DNA of 20,000 bases from Chiloscyllium plagiosum (lineage: Eukaryota), in assembly GCF_004010195.1 (NCBI RefSeq), contig NC_057719.1:52703463-52723462 (forward strand), in the 5' to 3' direction. The notes beneath the pieces are model-generated. The model saw only the letters and a program-made list of their open reading frames with translations, was not told the origin of the DNA and searched no databases. A program made the position numbers and the translations under genes. The first letter of the stretch is position 1. Each line of letters begins with the position of its first letter. Positions 1 through 10,340 of the stretch are shown one piece after another.

Positions 1-490
1 CCTTTTTTTTCTTTTTTTCCCCCCTTTTTACTCCCACACTGCTGCCTAACAGCAGTAGTGCTTATTTTTTTCCCTGGCACCCATTTGTGTGTGTGCAGGT
101 GTGAGACACAGTGAGAGACACAAGGTGCACGAATCTTTATTCAATTTCCACCACCAGGAAGAAAGGAAAACACCCAAGTGGCCAGTGACAAGCAGTGCCC
201 TTCACAAAAAAGGACAGTACTGTGTGATCAAACAGTGAAGGGGAGGGCAGGGACTAAATCAAAATAGAGTTGGAGGGGGAAATAATGCACTCCACTCCCT
301 GTGGCGCCCACCTCTCCCTGAACAACTCCAGGGTGTTGGTGGACACCGTGTGCTCCTTCTCTAGGGACACCTGGGCTCAGGCATAGCCATGGAAAAGGGG
401 CAGGCAATCGGCCATAATGACCTCCTCCATGGCCTGCCGCCTGGACTTGTTTATGGCCAGTTTGGCCAGGCCCAGGAGCAGGCCGAGGAG
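1..490 (-). mobile_element. 3' fragment of a Tx1/L1-clade non-LTR retrotransposon (ORF2 C-terminus, 3'UTR, A-rich tail)
   Basis: Minus frame ending at the stop at 254-256 reads LLGLLLGLAKLAINKSRRQA...LPLFHGYA*AQVSLEKEHTVSTNTLELFRERWAPQGVECIISPSNSILI*, resembling Tx1/L1 ORF2 ends (AKxxI...FxxxW). AATAAA on the minus strand near 137-142; T-runs at the start of the window correspond to the A-rich tail. Confidence 0.7.
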
Positions 491-505
491 ATTGTTAATG
501 ATTTA

Positions 506-749
506 TTTATTTATTTATCTTTTATTTTTTTTCTCTATTCTCTTTCTTTTCTTTCTTTTTTCTAACCCACACACTATCGCCTAACTGTGGTAGTGCTTAT
601 TTTTTCCCCCAGCACCCATAGGACTCCCGGGCCCTAACGTAACCGCGGAAGAGGGGCAGGCAGTCGGCCCTAACGACCCCCTCCACAGCCCGCTGCTTCG
701 ACCTGTTGATGGCCAGTTTGGCCAGGCCCAGGAGCAGACCCACGAGGGG
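506..749 (-). mobile_element. Second, internally deleted 3' fragment of the same Tx1/L1-like family
   Basis: T-rich tail ~506-562. 563-619 matches the 3'UTR end at 32-84 (tagtgcttattttttt..gcacccat) and is joined directly to 620-749, which matches ORF2 sequence at ~365-490 (about 85% identical). Confidence 0.7.
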
Positions 750-1651
750 ATTTCTAATGGTTTAAAGGGATAAATGACAAGTAATGAGCACCTGTTCCAA
801 ATTACCCCTCTATGGGGTGCATTTTTAAACATGATTACAGATGTTGTTCAACTACTATTTTGTTAGCAAATTTATACTATTAAGTTGGCGCCATACTGCG
901 CATTTTGCAAGCTAGATTGAGGCAATATTTTACAAATGCTTCATACCTCAGAGCCATGGGAAAAAATGGTAGAATCTACTGCTCCCAAAGCAACAGGGTT
1001 TCTCTTTTGCTCTCAATGTTTTGATTGATGAAAACTTTATGTTCAGAAATTGATACAACATGATGTAATCAGTGGCACAGAGTTGACCCTTACAGGACAT
1101 GCTTTATTTTTAAAATTCCAGTCATACGTGGTAAGATTATTTTTAAATTGTGATGTGAAATGTTAAAGTGGAAGCTGCCTATAGTTGCATTCATGACAGA
1201 TTCCCCCACAATCACCATCAATCATAATAGACAGCTCGCTGTACACAATTTCATCAGGGAATTGACAGAAGCTTTACTTAGATTTGCAGAGCCTAAAATA
1301 ACGACCGGAAGAGCAGTGGAAGCAAGACAGCAAAAGTGACTCCTTCCTTTTTTCTACGTGCAAGAAATTTTTTTTTTCCCTTTGGCAGTAAATATTCAGT
1401 GCCCCTTTTTGACTCTCACCAGTGAAATCAGAATAAGATGCTCAACAAAGAACCACAAGGAATACTGAAGAAAAAAGACTTTGGGATCAATGTATCTTGA
1501 GCTTGCTATTTTCTGCTGTACCGAGCCATTTTCTCAATGGGTGTTCAGGATTACTTAGGTAAAAACAATAACTGCAGATGCTGGAAACCAGATTCTGGAT
1601 CAGTGGTGCTGGAAGAGCACAGCAATTCAGGCAGCATCCAATGAGCAGCGA

Positions 1652-1687
1652 AATCGACGTTTCGGGCAAAAGCCCTTCATCAGGAAT
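1652..1687 (-). ncRNA. Minimal type I hammerhead ribozyme motif in pLTR (intact core)
   Basis: Minus strand: attc-CTGATGA-a-gggc-tttt-gccc-GAAAC-GTC-gatt. Core, helix II, palindromic ACGU helix III and GUC triplet (C17 = 1656) are all present; helix I is short and imperfect. Confidence 0.75.
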
Positions 1688-1749
1688 AAAGGCAGAGAGC
1701 CTGAAGCGTGGAGAGATAAGCTAGGGCAGGGTGGGGGTGGGGAGAGAGT

Positions 1750-1833
1750 NNNNNNNNNNNNNNNNNNNNNNNNNNNNNNNNNNNNNNNNNNNNNNNNNNN
1801 NNNNNNNNNNNNNNNNNNNNNNNNNNNNNNNNN
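1750..1833. other. Assembly gap (84 N) inside the G-rich part of the pLTR
   Basis: Run of N in the sequence. Confidence 1.
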
Positions 1834-2320
1834 AGTGGATAGGTGGAAAAGAAGATAGGCAGGTAGGACAAGTCATGGGGACAGTGCCGAGCTGGAAGTT
1901 TGGAATTAGGGTGAGGTGGGGGAAGGGGAAATGAGGAAACTGTTGAAGTCCACGTTGATGCCCTGGGGTTGAAGTGTTCTGAGACGGAAGATGAGGCGTT
2001 CTTCCTCCAGGCGTCTGGTGGTGAGGGAGCGGCGGTGAAGGAGGCCCAGGACCTCCATGTCCTCGGCAGAGTGGGAGGGGGAGTTGAAATGTTGTGCTCT
2101 TCCAGCACCACTGATCCAGTTCAGGATTACTTGTCAGACCAGAGATGAAGTGTTTTCACAACTGTACGCTGTTCTGAAAATAAATGCTTCAAGTGAATCT
2201 TTCCTACTTTCTCCAGTTTACTTTTGTTTTACGTGATCATGTTATTACTGATACAACATGATCAAATGGATCTGCCCAGGGCAACCTTTATTGTGCATCA
2301 TTGTAATCTAAAGACTACAT

Positions 2321-3549
2321 TGGCAACAGCTTCCAGGAAACTACCACCCTCTATGTAAAAAAAACTTGCTTCGCACATTTCTTTTAAACACTTTCCCTCT
2401 CACTTTAAACCTTTGTCTCTAGTACTCAACAATTTTACCCTGGGAAAAATATTCTGACATCCATCCTATCCTTGTCTCTCATAATTTTATATACTACTAT
2501 CAGGTTTCCCTCTCAGCCTTTGATTAGTAAAACTATAGTTTATAGCTAATACACTCCAATCCAGGCAGCATCCTAGTAAACCACTTTTGCATCCTCTCCA
2601 AAGCCTCCACATCCTTCCTCTAGTGGGGCAACCCAAACTGCACATAATACTCCAAATGTGGCCCAATGAAAGTTTTATAAAGTTGCAACATGATTTGCCA
2701 ACTTTAATATTCAATTCCCCAACCAATGAAGGCAATCATGCTGTACGCTTTCTTTACCACCTTATCCATTTGCACTGACACTGTCAGGGAGCTATGGACT
2801 TGGATTCCAAGATTTCTCTGTACCTCAATGCTGCTAAAGGTCCTGACATTTACTGAGTATGCTCACCTTACACTTGATGCCCCAAAATGCATCACCTTAC
2901 ACTTGTCTAGATTAAACTTCATCTGCCACTTCTTCACCCAACTGTCCCAACTGATCTATAGTATGCTGTATCCTTTGACAACATACTTCACTGTCCACAA
3001 GTCCACTAATTGTTATGTGATCTGCACACTTACTAATCAGACGATCTACATTTTCATTCAAATCATGTGTACGTATATTACAAACAATAGAGATTCTACT
3101 GATCCTCGTGGAAAGTTATTAGTCAGAAAATACCCCTTCACAACTGCCCTCTGTTTTCTATTACCAAGCTGATGTTATTAGATTTCTCTGTACCTCAATG
3201 CTGCTAAAGGTCCTGACATTTACTGAATATGCTCACCTTACACTTGACGCCCCAAAATGCATCACCTTACACTTGTCTAGATTAAACTTCATCTGCCACT
3301 TCTTCACCCAACTGTCCCAACTGATCTATAGTATGCTGTATCCTTTGACAACATTCTTCACTGTCCACAAGTCCACTAATTGTTATGTGATCTGCACACT
3401 TACTAATCAGACCATCTACGTTTTCATTCAAATCATGTGTACGTATATTACAAACAATGGAGATCCTACTGATCCTCGTGGAAAGTTATTAGTCAGAAAA
3501 TACCCCTTCACAACTGCCCTCTGTTTTCTATTACCAAGCTGATGTTATT
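2321..3549 (-). mobile_element. Decayed CR1 LINE fragment (ORF2 RT C-terminal half), partly tandem-duplicated
   Basis: Minus-strand remnants ISKCADHITI (from ISKFADDTKI) at ~3008-3037 and MLQLYKTFIGPHLEYYVQF (from LYKTLVRPHLEYCVQFW) at ~2635-2691; many stops and frameshifts. Confidence 0.85.
2810..3549. repeat. Direct tandem duplication, 370-bp unit x2 (2810-3179, 3180-3549)
   Basis: Copies align without indels and differ by 7 substitutions. Confidence 0.98.
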
Positions 3550-3744
3550 TTCAAACCACCCGCTGTCTTTTATGACAGCCAGTTTTGAATCCTGTATTGT
3601 GCACAGTATGCTGCCAGCATACATTATGATAATGACAGATTAATACATACAGCTTTTATAATAAACTGTGCACCAACCAATTACTTAATTGTTATTCTGA
3701 ATAAAACATGTGCTAAACTGCTTCAAATGGTCTTCCAAGCCATG

Positions 3745-4145
3745 GATGAACGTGAGGACTGCAGATGCTGGAGATCAGAGTGGAAAGCGTAGTGTTGGAA
3801 AAACACAACAGGTCAGGCAGCATCCGTGGAGCAGGAGAATCGATGTTTTGGGTATAATCCCTTCAATATTTCCTCACTTCCCCTACCCCCACATTATCCC
3901 AGTCCCTAGCCTCCAACTCGATACCGCCCTCCAGATCTGTCCATCACTACCCCCTCTGACCTATCACCTTCTCCCTCACCTTCATCCACATGTCGCTTTC
4001 TCCGCTACCTTCCCCCTAAACCCACCCCCCTCCCATTTATCTCTCTGCCCAGATCCACAAGCCTCATTCCTGGTGAAGGGCTTATGCCCGAAACATCGAT
4101 GCTCCTACCCCTCGGATGCTGCCTGACCTGCTTTGCTCTTCCAAG
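3745..4145. mobile_element. Short PLE insertion made of two oppositely oriented pLTR pieces
   Basis: 3745-3865 is a minus-strand pLTR end (gtgaggactgcagatgctgg...cccttca). 3866-4145 is a plus-strand ORF tail + pLTR with hammerhead-like cattc-CTGGTGA-agggcttatgccc-GAAAC-ATC at 4065-4100. Probable TSD tcttccaagccatg (3731-3744) / tcttccaagtcttg (4137-4150), 12/14 match. Confidence 0.85.
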
Positions 4146-6172
4146 TCTTGCTACAAAATCTTGTTAATATAAATTGTTGAAATGGTATCCAGGATTGCAT
4201 TGTGAAGTTGCTTTTCCCAAAAGTATTTCTCAATGCAAAACCATATCTTCTGGCAGTGCAGGAAATCACATTAATATAATAGGATGGAAAATTGTGCTGA
4301 TTTCACAACATGTACCCATAATGGCTGAAACTCCATGCTGTGAAAATGCATTTTAAAGATTCAGATGTACTTATAATCAAAGTCAGTCAGCCTTGTGCCA
4401 ATACTGATCACACAGGGGAAATTAGGAGGCAAAATTAGTCAGAAACACTTGTTATTATGAAATATCAAGCCACCAATGCTGTTCAGTAGTACCTAGTAGT
4501 CAAATGTGACAATTGTGAATGGAATAACCTGAATGAAAATTGTGATCTCTTCAAATATAATAGCTTCAACCTGTTTGTTGAGTAAAAATACATGCTTTCC
4601 TGAACAAGTATAAGAATGAGCAAATCAAACAATTCCAGGCACCAGTTTCTCTAAAGTCATCCAAAAGCAAGCATGCAAGTCTTAATTAAATGTTTTAATG
4701 AGGCCAACATTAATTTTAGATGTCCACCAGAAACCCACGATTGCATTCACTAACAATGTGGCAAGTGCATTTGTGAGCAAATTTAGCCCGGGACATCACA
4801 CAGCAGAATTTGTAAATGAAAAGCAGATTCTGCATTAAAATCTTATCAAAACACAACAGAAGTTATGCCCCACATTTGTATAATTTCCTTTTGCTTTATT
4901 CTATATTTTTAACATTTAAAACAGGCCTGCTTGGAGAGGTTGAATTTGAGGATGACATTTTGGCTGCATGTTCACTATTTTATAAATGAAAAGTCACAGA
5001 GAAATTTGGAATTCCTATATTATTTGTGATTTTTTTTCTGGGTGACTAAAATGGACTTTTAATGCTCTTAAAGCACTGATTTAATTATTATTTTCAGAAA
5101 AATGAGTACATTGCTACTTGCAGTTACAAGAGTAAAGAAAATCCAACTTGCATCTGATTAATTGTTCTAACTAGTTTCACATTGCTCAGAAAGGTAAGTA
5201 TCTATGTAACAATGTTTTATGTATTAATTTCTATTGCATCCCCTCATTTTATTCTGGTCAAGTCTGTATCTGAACTGCTTTGATGAATAAGTTATGCATC
5301 AACATAATGGACTGTTATAATTAATGTAAATGACTGCCATCTGGACTGTTTTGTTCCTAGAAATGCCCAAGGTCAAAAAAGATTAATAATATCTGTTGTG
5401 GTATAGGATGCCCTTGACATTTAAGGTTAGAACCTGGTAAAGAATTGGCCGGAATATTACTAGGATAGACAGAGAACTGATTTAAAGTTTAATTCAATTT
5501 TGCTGCCACTTAATTGTGTTACCAAGGACATAATATGGCCTTAATCCTGAAAACGGCATAACATATTCTACTCAATACACTGCTTCTGATAAATTAAAAA
5601 TGTAAAGGTATTGGAGTTGAAGTTAAAGAAAAAGCTATACTGCTTTATTTACTTTTACATTTCATGTCTTCATATTTGAATTTTATTTTTATTTTACAGA
5701 GCTACTCTGATCAATGTCACAAACAACATTTCATTCAACTGTGAGCATAGTTCTTTATGTTTGTTTCCTTTTATCTCTCATCCACTTCACCGCCATTGAA
5801 TTTTCCATCATTTCCCAACCTTTCTTCTCGGTGGTTAACCTTCAGAGTGCTTTTCCTCCTGTTTCTGTTCTTACCTGCCACAATGTAGGCTATATTTTGC
5901 TGCCAACAATGTTGAATTATTGCATAAAATGTGCAGCATTTTGTCCACCTGTCCTGTGCCTTTGTTGATATTCTGAACAGATCTCCTCCATGTTTAATTA
6001 AGATTCCTAACCTTTCTCTCGCAGAAGACACACTTATTCCACTGATCACAGGGATCCATCTTTGGCTTATGTAGAAACATAAGACTCAGCTACCATGTAC
6101 ATTCTGACAGTAATCAGTTTTTATATTTAAACAGCATCATTGATCCAAAGATTCAGGCCAACAACTTCAATA

Positions 6173-7096
6173 CGAGTCTTAGAGAGTCACAGAGATGTAC
6201 AGCATAGAAACAGACCATTAGGTCCAACTCAACCAGATATCCTAGATAAATCTAGTGTCATTTGCCAGCACTTAGCCTATTTTCATCTTAACCCCTTCCT
6301 TTTCATATACCCATCCAAATGCCTTTTAAATGTTGTAATTGTACCAGAAGGGAGGGAGACCAGGATTACTCGCCACTTGGATATAGAACTGGCTCGATGG
6401 TAGAAGACAGAGGATGGTAATGGAGGGTAGCTTTTCAGACTGGAGTGGTCTCCCTGTATTCCAAGAGATCTAACCTTCCTCACCAGTCTACCATGAAGAA
6501 TCTTGTCGAACACCTTACTGAAGTCCATATAGATCATGTCCAATGGTCTGCTCTCATTAATCCTCTTTGTTGCTTCTTCAAAAACCTCAATCAGATTAGT
6601 GAGACACGATTTCCAATGCACAAAGCCATGTTGATTATCCCAATCAGTCCTTGCCTTTCCAAAGATATGTAAGTCCGGTCCCTCAGGATTCTCTCCAACA
6701 ACTTGCCCATCACTGATGTAAGGCTCACCGGTCTATAAATCCCTGGCTTTTCCCTACCACCTTTCTTAAATAGTGGCATCACATTAGCCAACCTCCTGTC
6801 TTTCAACACCTCACCTGTAGCTATGATGATACAAATATCTCAGTAAGGGGTCCAGCAATCACTTCCCTGGCTCCCCATAGAGTTTTAGGGTACACCTGAT
6901 CAGGCCCTGGGGATTTATCCACCTTTATGCACCTCCTCCTCTGCAATATGGATATTTTTCAAGATGTCACCAACTATTTCCCGATGTTCTATATCTTCCA
7001 TATCCTTCTCCACAGTAAACTTGCAAAATACTTGTTTAGTATCTCCTCCATCTCCTGCGGTTCCACACATGGGCAGTTTTGCTGAACTTTAAGGGG
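6173..7096 (-). mobile_element. CR1 LINE, 3' part (RT N-terminal region, internal inversion/deletion, 3' end), interrupted by the PLE composite
   Basis: ORFs 6591-6809 (ANVMPLFKKGGREKPGIYRPVSLTSVMGKLLE) and 6283-6621 (KSCLTNLIEVFEE..DMIYMDFSKVFDKILHGRL) carry diagnostic CR1 ORF2 motifs. 6173-6347 is the CR1 3' end. Confidence 0.92.
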
Positions 7097-7270
7097 AACT
7101 AGGAGAAAGTGAGGACTGCAGATGCTGAAGTACCAGTGTCAAAGAAGGTGGTGCTGGAAAAACACAGCATGCCAGGCAGCATCCGAGGAGCAGGAGAATC
7201 GACGTTTTGGGCATAGGCCCTTCTTCAGGAATGAGGCTGGTGTGCCAAGCAGGCTGAGATAAAGATAGGG
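7097..7270 (-). repeat. 3' pLTR of PLE unit A (shortened), with degenerate hammerhead at 7196-7233
   Basis: About 90% identical to 10100-10220. Minus strand: cattc-CTGAAGA-agggcctatgccc-AAAAC-GTC (G12 mutated to A). Confidence 0.9.
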
Positions 7271-10002
7271 GGGAGGTGCTGGGAGTGGAGGATGGGTTGG
7301 TGGGTGATGGGGGGGGCCAAGGATCTAATGAGGGAGTCACGGAGGGAATGGTGTCCGCGGACTATCAACAGCAGTGGGGAGGGAAATATATGTCTGGTGA
7401 TGGGGTTTGATTGGAAATGGCAGAGGATAATATGCTGTATCCGGAGATTAGTGAGATGGAAGGTGAAGACCATGGGGGTACTATCCTTGATGTGGTTGAA
7501 GGTGTGGGGTTCATGGGTGGAGGTGTGGGAAGAGGAGGAGATGCACTAGAGGGCATTGTTGATCACGTGGGAGGGGAAATTGTGATCCTTGAAATAGGAG
7601 GCCATCTGGTATGTCCTGGAGTGGAATTGGAGTGGAATTGGATAATGCGGAGGTGGAGGAATTGGGAGGAAGGAATAGCGTTTTTATGGGAGGGGGTGTG
7701 GGAGGAGGTGTAGTCCATGTAGCTGTGGGAATAAGTGGGTTTGAAGTAGATAATTGTGCTAAGGCAGTCACCAGAGATGGAGACTGAGAGGTCCAGGAAG
7801 GTGAGGAAGGTGTCCAAGATGGTCCAAATGAACTTGAGATCAAGGTGGATGGTGTTCGTGAAGTTGATGAACTGTTCAATCTCCTCATGGAAGCACGAGT
7901 TAGTGCCGATACAGTCATCAATGTAGCAGAGGAAAAGGTGGGAGGTGGTGCCAGTGTAGCTGCGGAAGATGGACTGTTCCACATATCCGACGAAGGGGCA
8001 GGCAAAGCTGGGGCCCATGTGGGTGCCCATGGCTACTCCTTTGGTTTGGAGGAAGTGGGAGGATTGGAAGTAGAAGTTGTTAAGAGTGAGGACCAGATCA
8101 GTCAGTCGAAGGAGGGTGTCAATGGAAGGGTACTGGTTGGGTCGGTGGGAGAGGAAGAAGCGGAGGGCTTGGAGGTCTTCATGATGGGGGATGGAAGTGT
8201 AAAGGGACTGGATGTCCATCATGAAGATAAGGCGTTGGGGGCCGGGGAAGCGAAAATCATGGAGGAGGTGGAGGGCGTGGGTCGTGTCCCGAACGTAGGT
8301 GGGGAGTTCTTGGACTAAGGGGGACAGGTCAGTGTCGAGGTATGCAGAGATGCGTTCGGTGGGGCAGGAGCAGGCTGAAACAATGGGTCGGCCGGGTCAG
8401 TCAGGTTTGTTGATTTTGGGTAAGAGGTAGAAATGGGCAGTGCGGGGTTGTGGGACTATGAGGTTGGAGGCAGTGGATGGGAGATCTCTTATGGTGATAA
8501 GGTCATCGATGATCTGGGAGATGATAGTTTGGAGGTGTGAGGTGAGGTCATAGTTAAGGGGACAGTAGGAGGAGGTGTCTGCGAGTTGGCATCTAGCTTC
8601 AGCGGTGTAAAGATCAGTGCACCAAACTACCAACGTGCCTCTCTTGTCTGCAGGTTGATGGTGAGGTTGGGGCTGGAGCGGAGTTAGTGGAGGGTTGCGT
8701 GTTGTGAGGGTGAGAGGTTGGAGTGGGTGAGAAGCTCTGGACAGGTTGAGGTGGTAAATGTCACGGCAGCAGTTGGATATGAATCAATCAAGGGCCGGAA
8801 AGAGGCCAGCAAGGGGTGTCCAGGTGGATAGGGTGTGTTGGATGCGGGAGAAGGCATCGTCAGAGGGTGGGAGAGTGTCCCTGTAGATGAAGTAGGCACG
8901 GAGGCAAACGCGGCGGAAGAAATGCTCGATATCTAGCCACGTGTCGAACTCATTGATCTGGGCGCGTAGGGGGATGAAGGTGAGGCCTCTGTTGAGAACT
9001 GATCCTCAGTTCATCCTCAGAGAGCAGAAGGTCTGGAGGGCAAGTGAAAATATGGCAGGGCTGGGAGCTATGACCTGGGGTGGGCCTGGAATTGGAGGTG
9101 TGGGCAGGGTTAGTCGTGGGGGCTGAGTCGGTCACGGGGTCGGAGATCGACGTGGGGGCGGCGTGGTCCTTGAGCAGGTGAGTGACGTCACTGGGGGTGG
9201 AAGTGGCTGCAACGATGGCCACTTTGAGGGCAGATGTGGCACGCCGGGCAGAAACGATGCTGGTCCCAGTGGCCGTGGATCCCGCGGCGGCCGCGTATCT
9301 GTCAGTGATGGTCTACCTGGCGATCGTGGAGACGGTTGTCTGGGCGGCGATCGTGGAGGCTGCATGGTTGGTGGGGGCTGTTGTCCGTGCGGCGGTGGCG
9401 GCGGCAGTGACATCACCGTTCGCCGTGGTGGTGGTGGCTGCAGCGGCCTTGTGGGCAATGGCGCCTAAGCGGTTTCGGAGGTCGCAAGAAGGTTCAGGAA
9501 TGGTCGAGGAATCCAGAGTGTTGGGGTGGGTACATGAAAGTTTTTTGTATTTACTTTCGTTGATGTTCGATATGGCTAGGAAAAAAACGTTTGTTCAGTG
9601 TATGAATCCTTCTGAGGATGAAGAACAGCAAAGGTCCTTTGCAGGTCTGGGAGAATGTTGTCCTGAGCTGGGGCAGGGTTAACTGCAGGGAATGTAGGTA
9701 GCGGCGAATGGCTTGAAGCGTGGAGCGGAGGATCCGGAGGGAGGTCTGTTGTTTGAGGCTTCGGATTTGTTGCAGGTACAGGTTGTCCTGGTTGGGTCCA
9801 AATTGTGTTGGTTTGAACGTAGTCCGGAGTCCATGGCGGTCAGTCGGTTCCTGAGGAAGGAGATGTGGCTGTAGTAGCGAGTTTGTCTCAGGACGTGGCT
9901 GAAGAGCTTCAGGGCAGAGGAGATGACCTGGGAGGTGCAGTGAGAGAGGTACTCACTGAAATCCTTCTAGAGGGAGGAGGAAAGCTTCTTCAAGGGAGGC
10001 AT
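7270..10002 (-). pseudogene. PLE unit A polyprotein pseudogene: N-terminal domain, Ala/Thr-rich insert, reverse transcriptase; no endonuclease
   Basis: ATG at 10002 (MPPLKKLSSSL*KDFSEYL...YYSHISFL). LSEDE/SVLNRGLTFIP at ~8970-9025; degenerate DKG motif (ADKRGTLVVW) at ~8625-8652. RT motifs MDIQSLYTSIPH, QTKGVAMGT and YIDD in ORF 7563-8222. Multiple stops and frameshifts. Confidence 0.9.
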
Positions 10003-10035
10003 CCTTGCAAGAGGATTTGCAGTAAGGTTAACATC

Positions 10036-10340
10036 AACTATGAGAAAGTGAGGACTGCAGATGAAGTCTGCAGATGAGAAAGTGAGGACTGGAGTTGAAA
10101 AAGGTGGTGCTGGAAAAACACAGCAGGTCAGGCAGTATCCAAGAAGCAGGAGAATCGACGTTCCGGCATAAGCCCTTCTTCAGGAATGAGGCTGGTGTGC
10201 CAAGCGGGCTGAGATAAAAGGTAAGGGGGAGGGAATTTGGGGGAGGGGCGCTGGGAATACAATAGGTGGAAGGAGGTGAGGGTGAGGGTGATAGGCCAGA
10301 GAGGGGTTGGGGGCAGAGAGGTCGGGAAGAAGATTGCAGG
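10036..10340 (-). repeat. Internal pLTR between units B and A, with degenerate hammerhead at 10152-10188
   Basis: Direct repeat of 7097-7270 and inverted repeat of 11971-12202. Minus strand: cattc-CTGAAGA-agggcttatgcc-GGAAC-GTC (one deletion and one substitution). Confidence 0.92.

Larger units (their letters stand above)
1557..2118 (-). mobile_element. 5'-truncated Penelope-like element (GIY-YIG C-terminus + pLTR) with a 27-bp inverted pLTR segment and 14-bp TSD
   Basis: Minus frame 2091->1906 encodes HFNSPSHSAEDMEVLGLLHRRSLTTRRLEEERLIFRLRTLQPQGINVDFNSFL..*, homologous to the end of ORF 10341-11522. 1595-1621 and 2093-2119 form a perfect inverted repeat. gttcaggattactt is duplicated at 1543-1556 and 2119-2132. 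Confidence 0.92.

Noticed and set aside
2726..3542. Duplicated 148-aa and 114-aa plus-strand ORFs that look like paralogous genes
   Set aside because: Antisense to decayed CR1 RT; their similarity is explained by the 370-bp tandem duplication.
5714..6049. Overlapping 84-aa (+) and 92-aa (-) ORFs, with a minus-strand donor CAG|gtaaga at 5875 and faint resemblance to a Harbinger transposase C-terminus
   Set aside because: No recognisable domain, no convincing matching acceptor, and the motif similarity is too weak without a profile search.
9182..9682. 166-aa hydrophobic plus-strand ORF resembling a membrane protein (also Gly-rich 9163-9468 and Pro-rich 9132-9458)
   Set aside because: Antisense or alternate-frame shadows of the GC-rich Ala/Thr segment of the PLE ORF; no independent evidence of coding.
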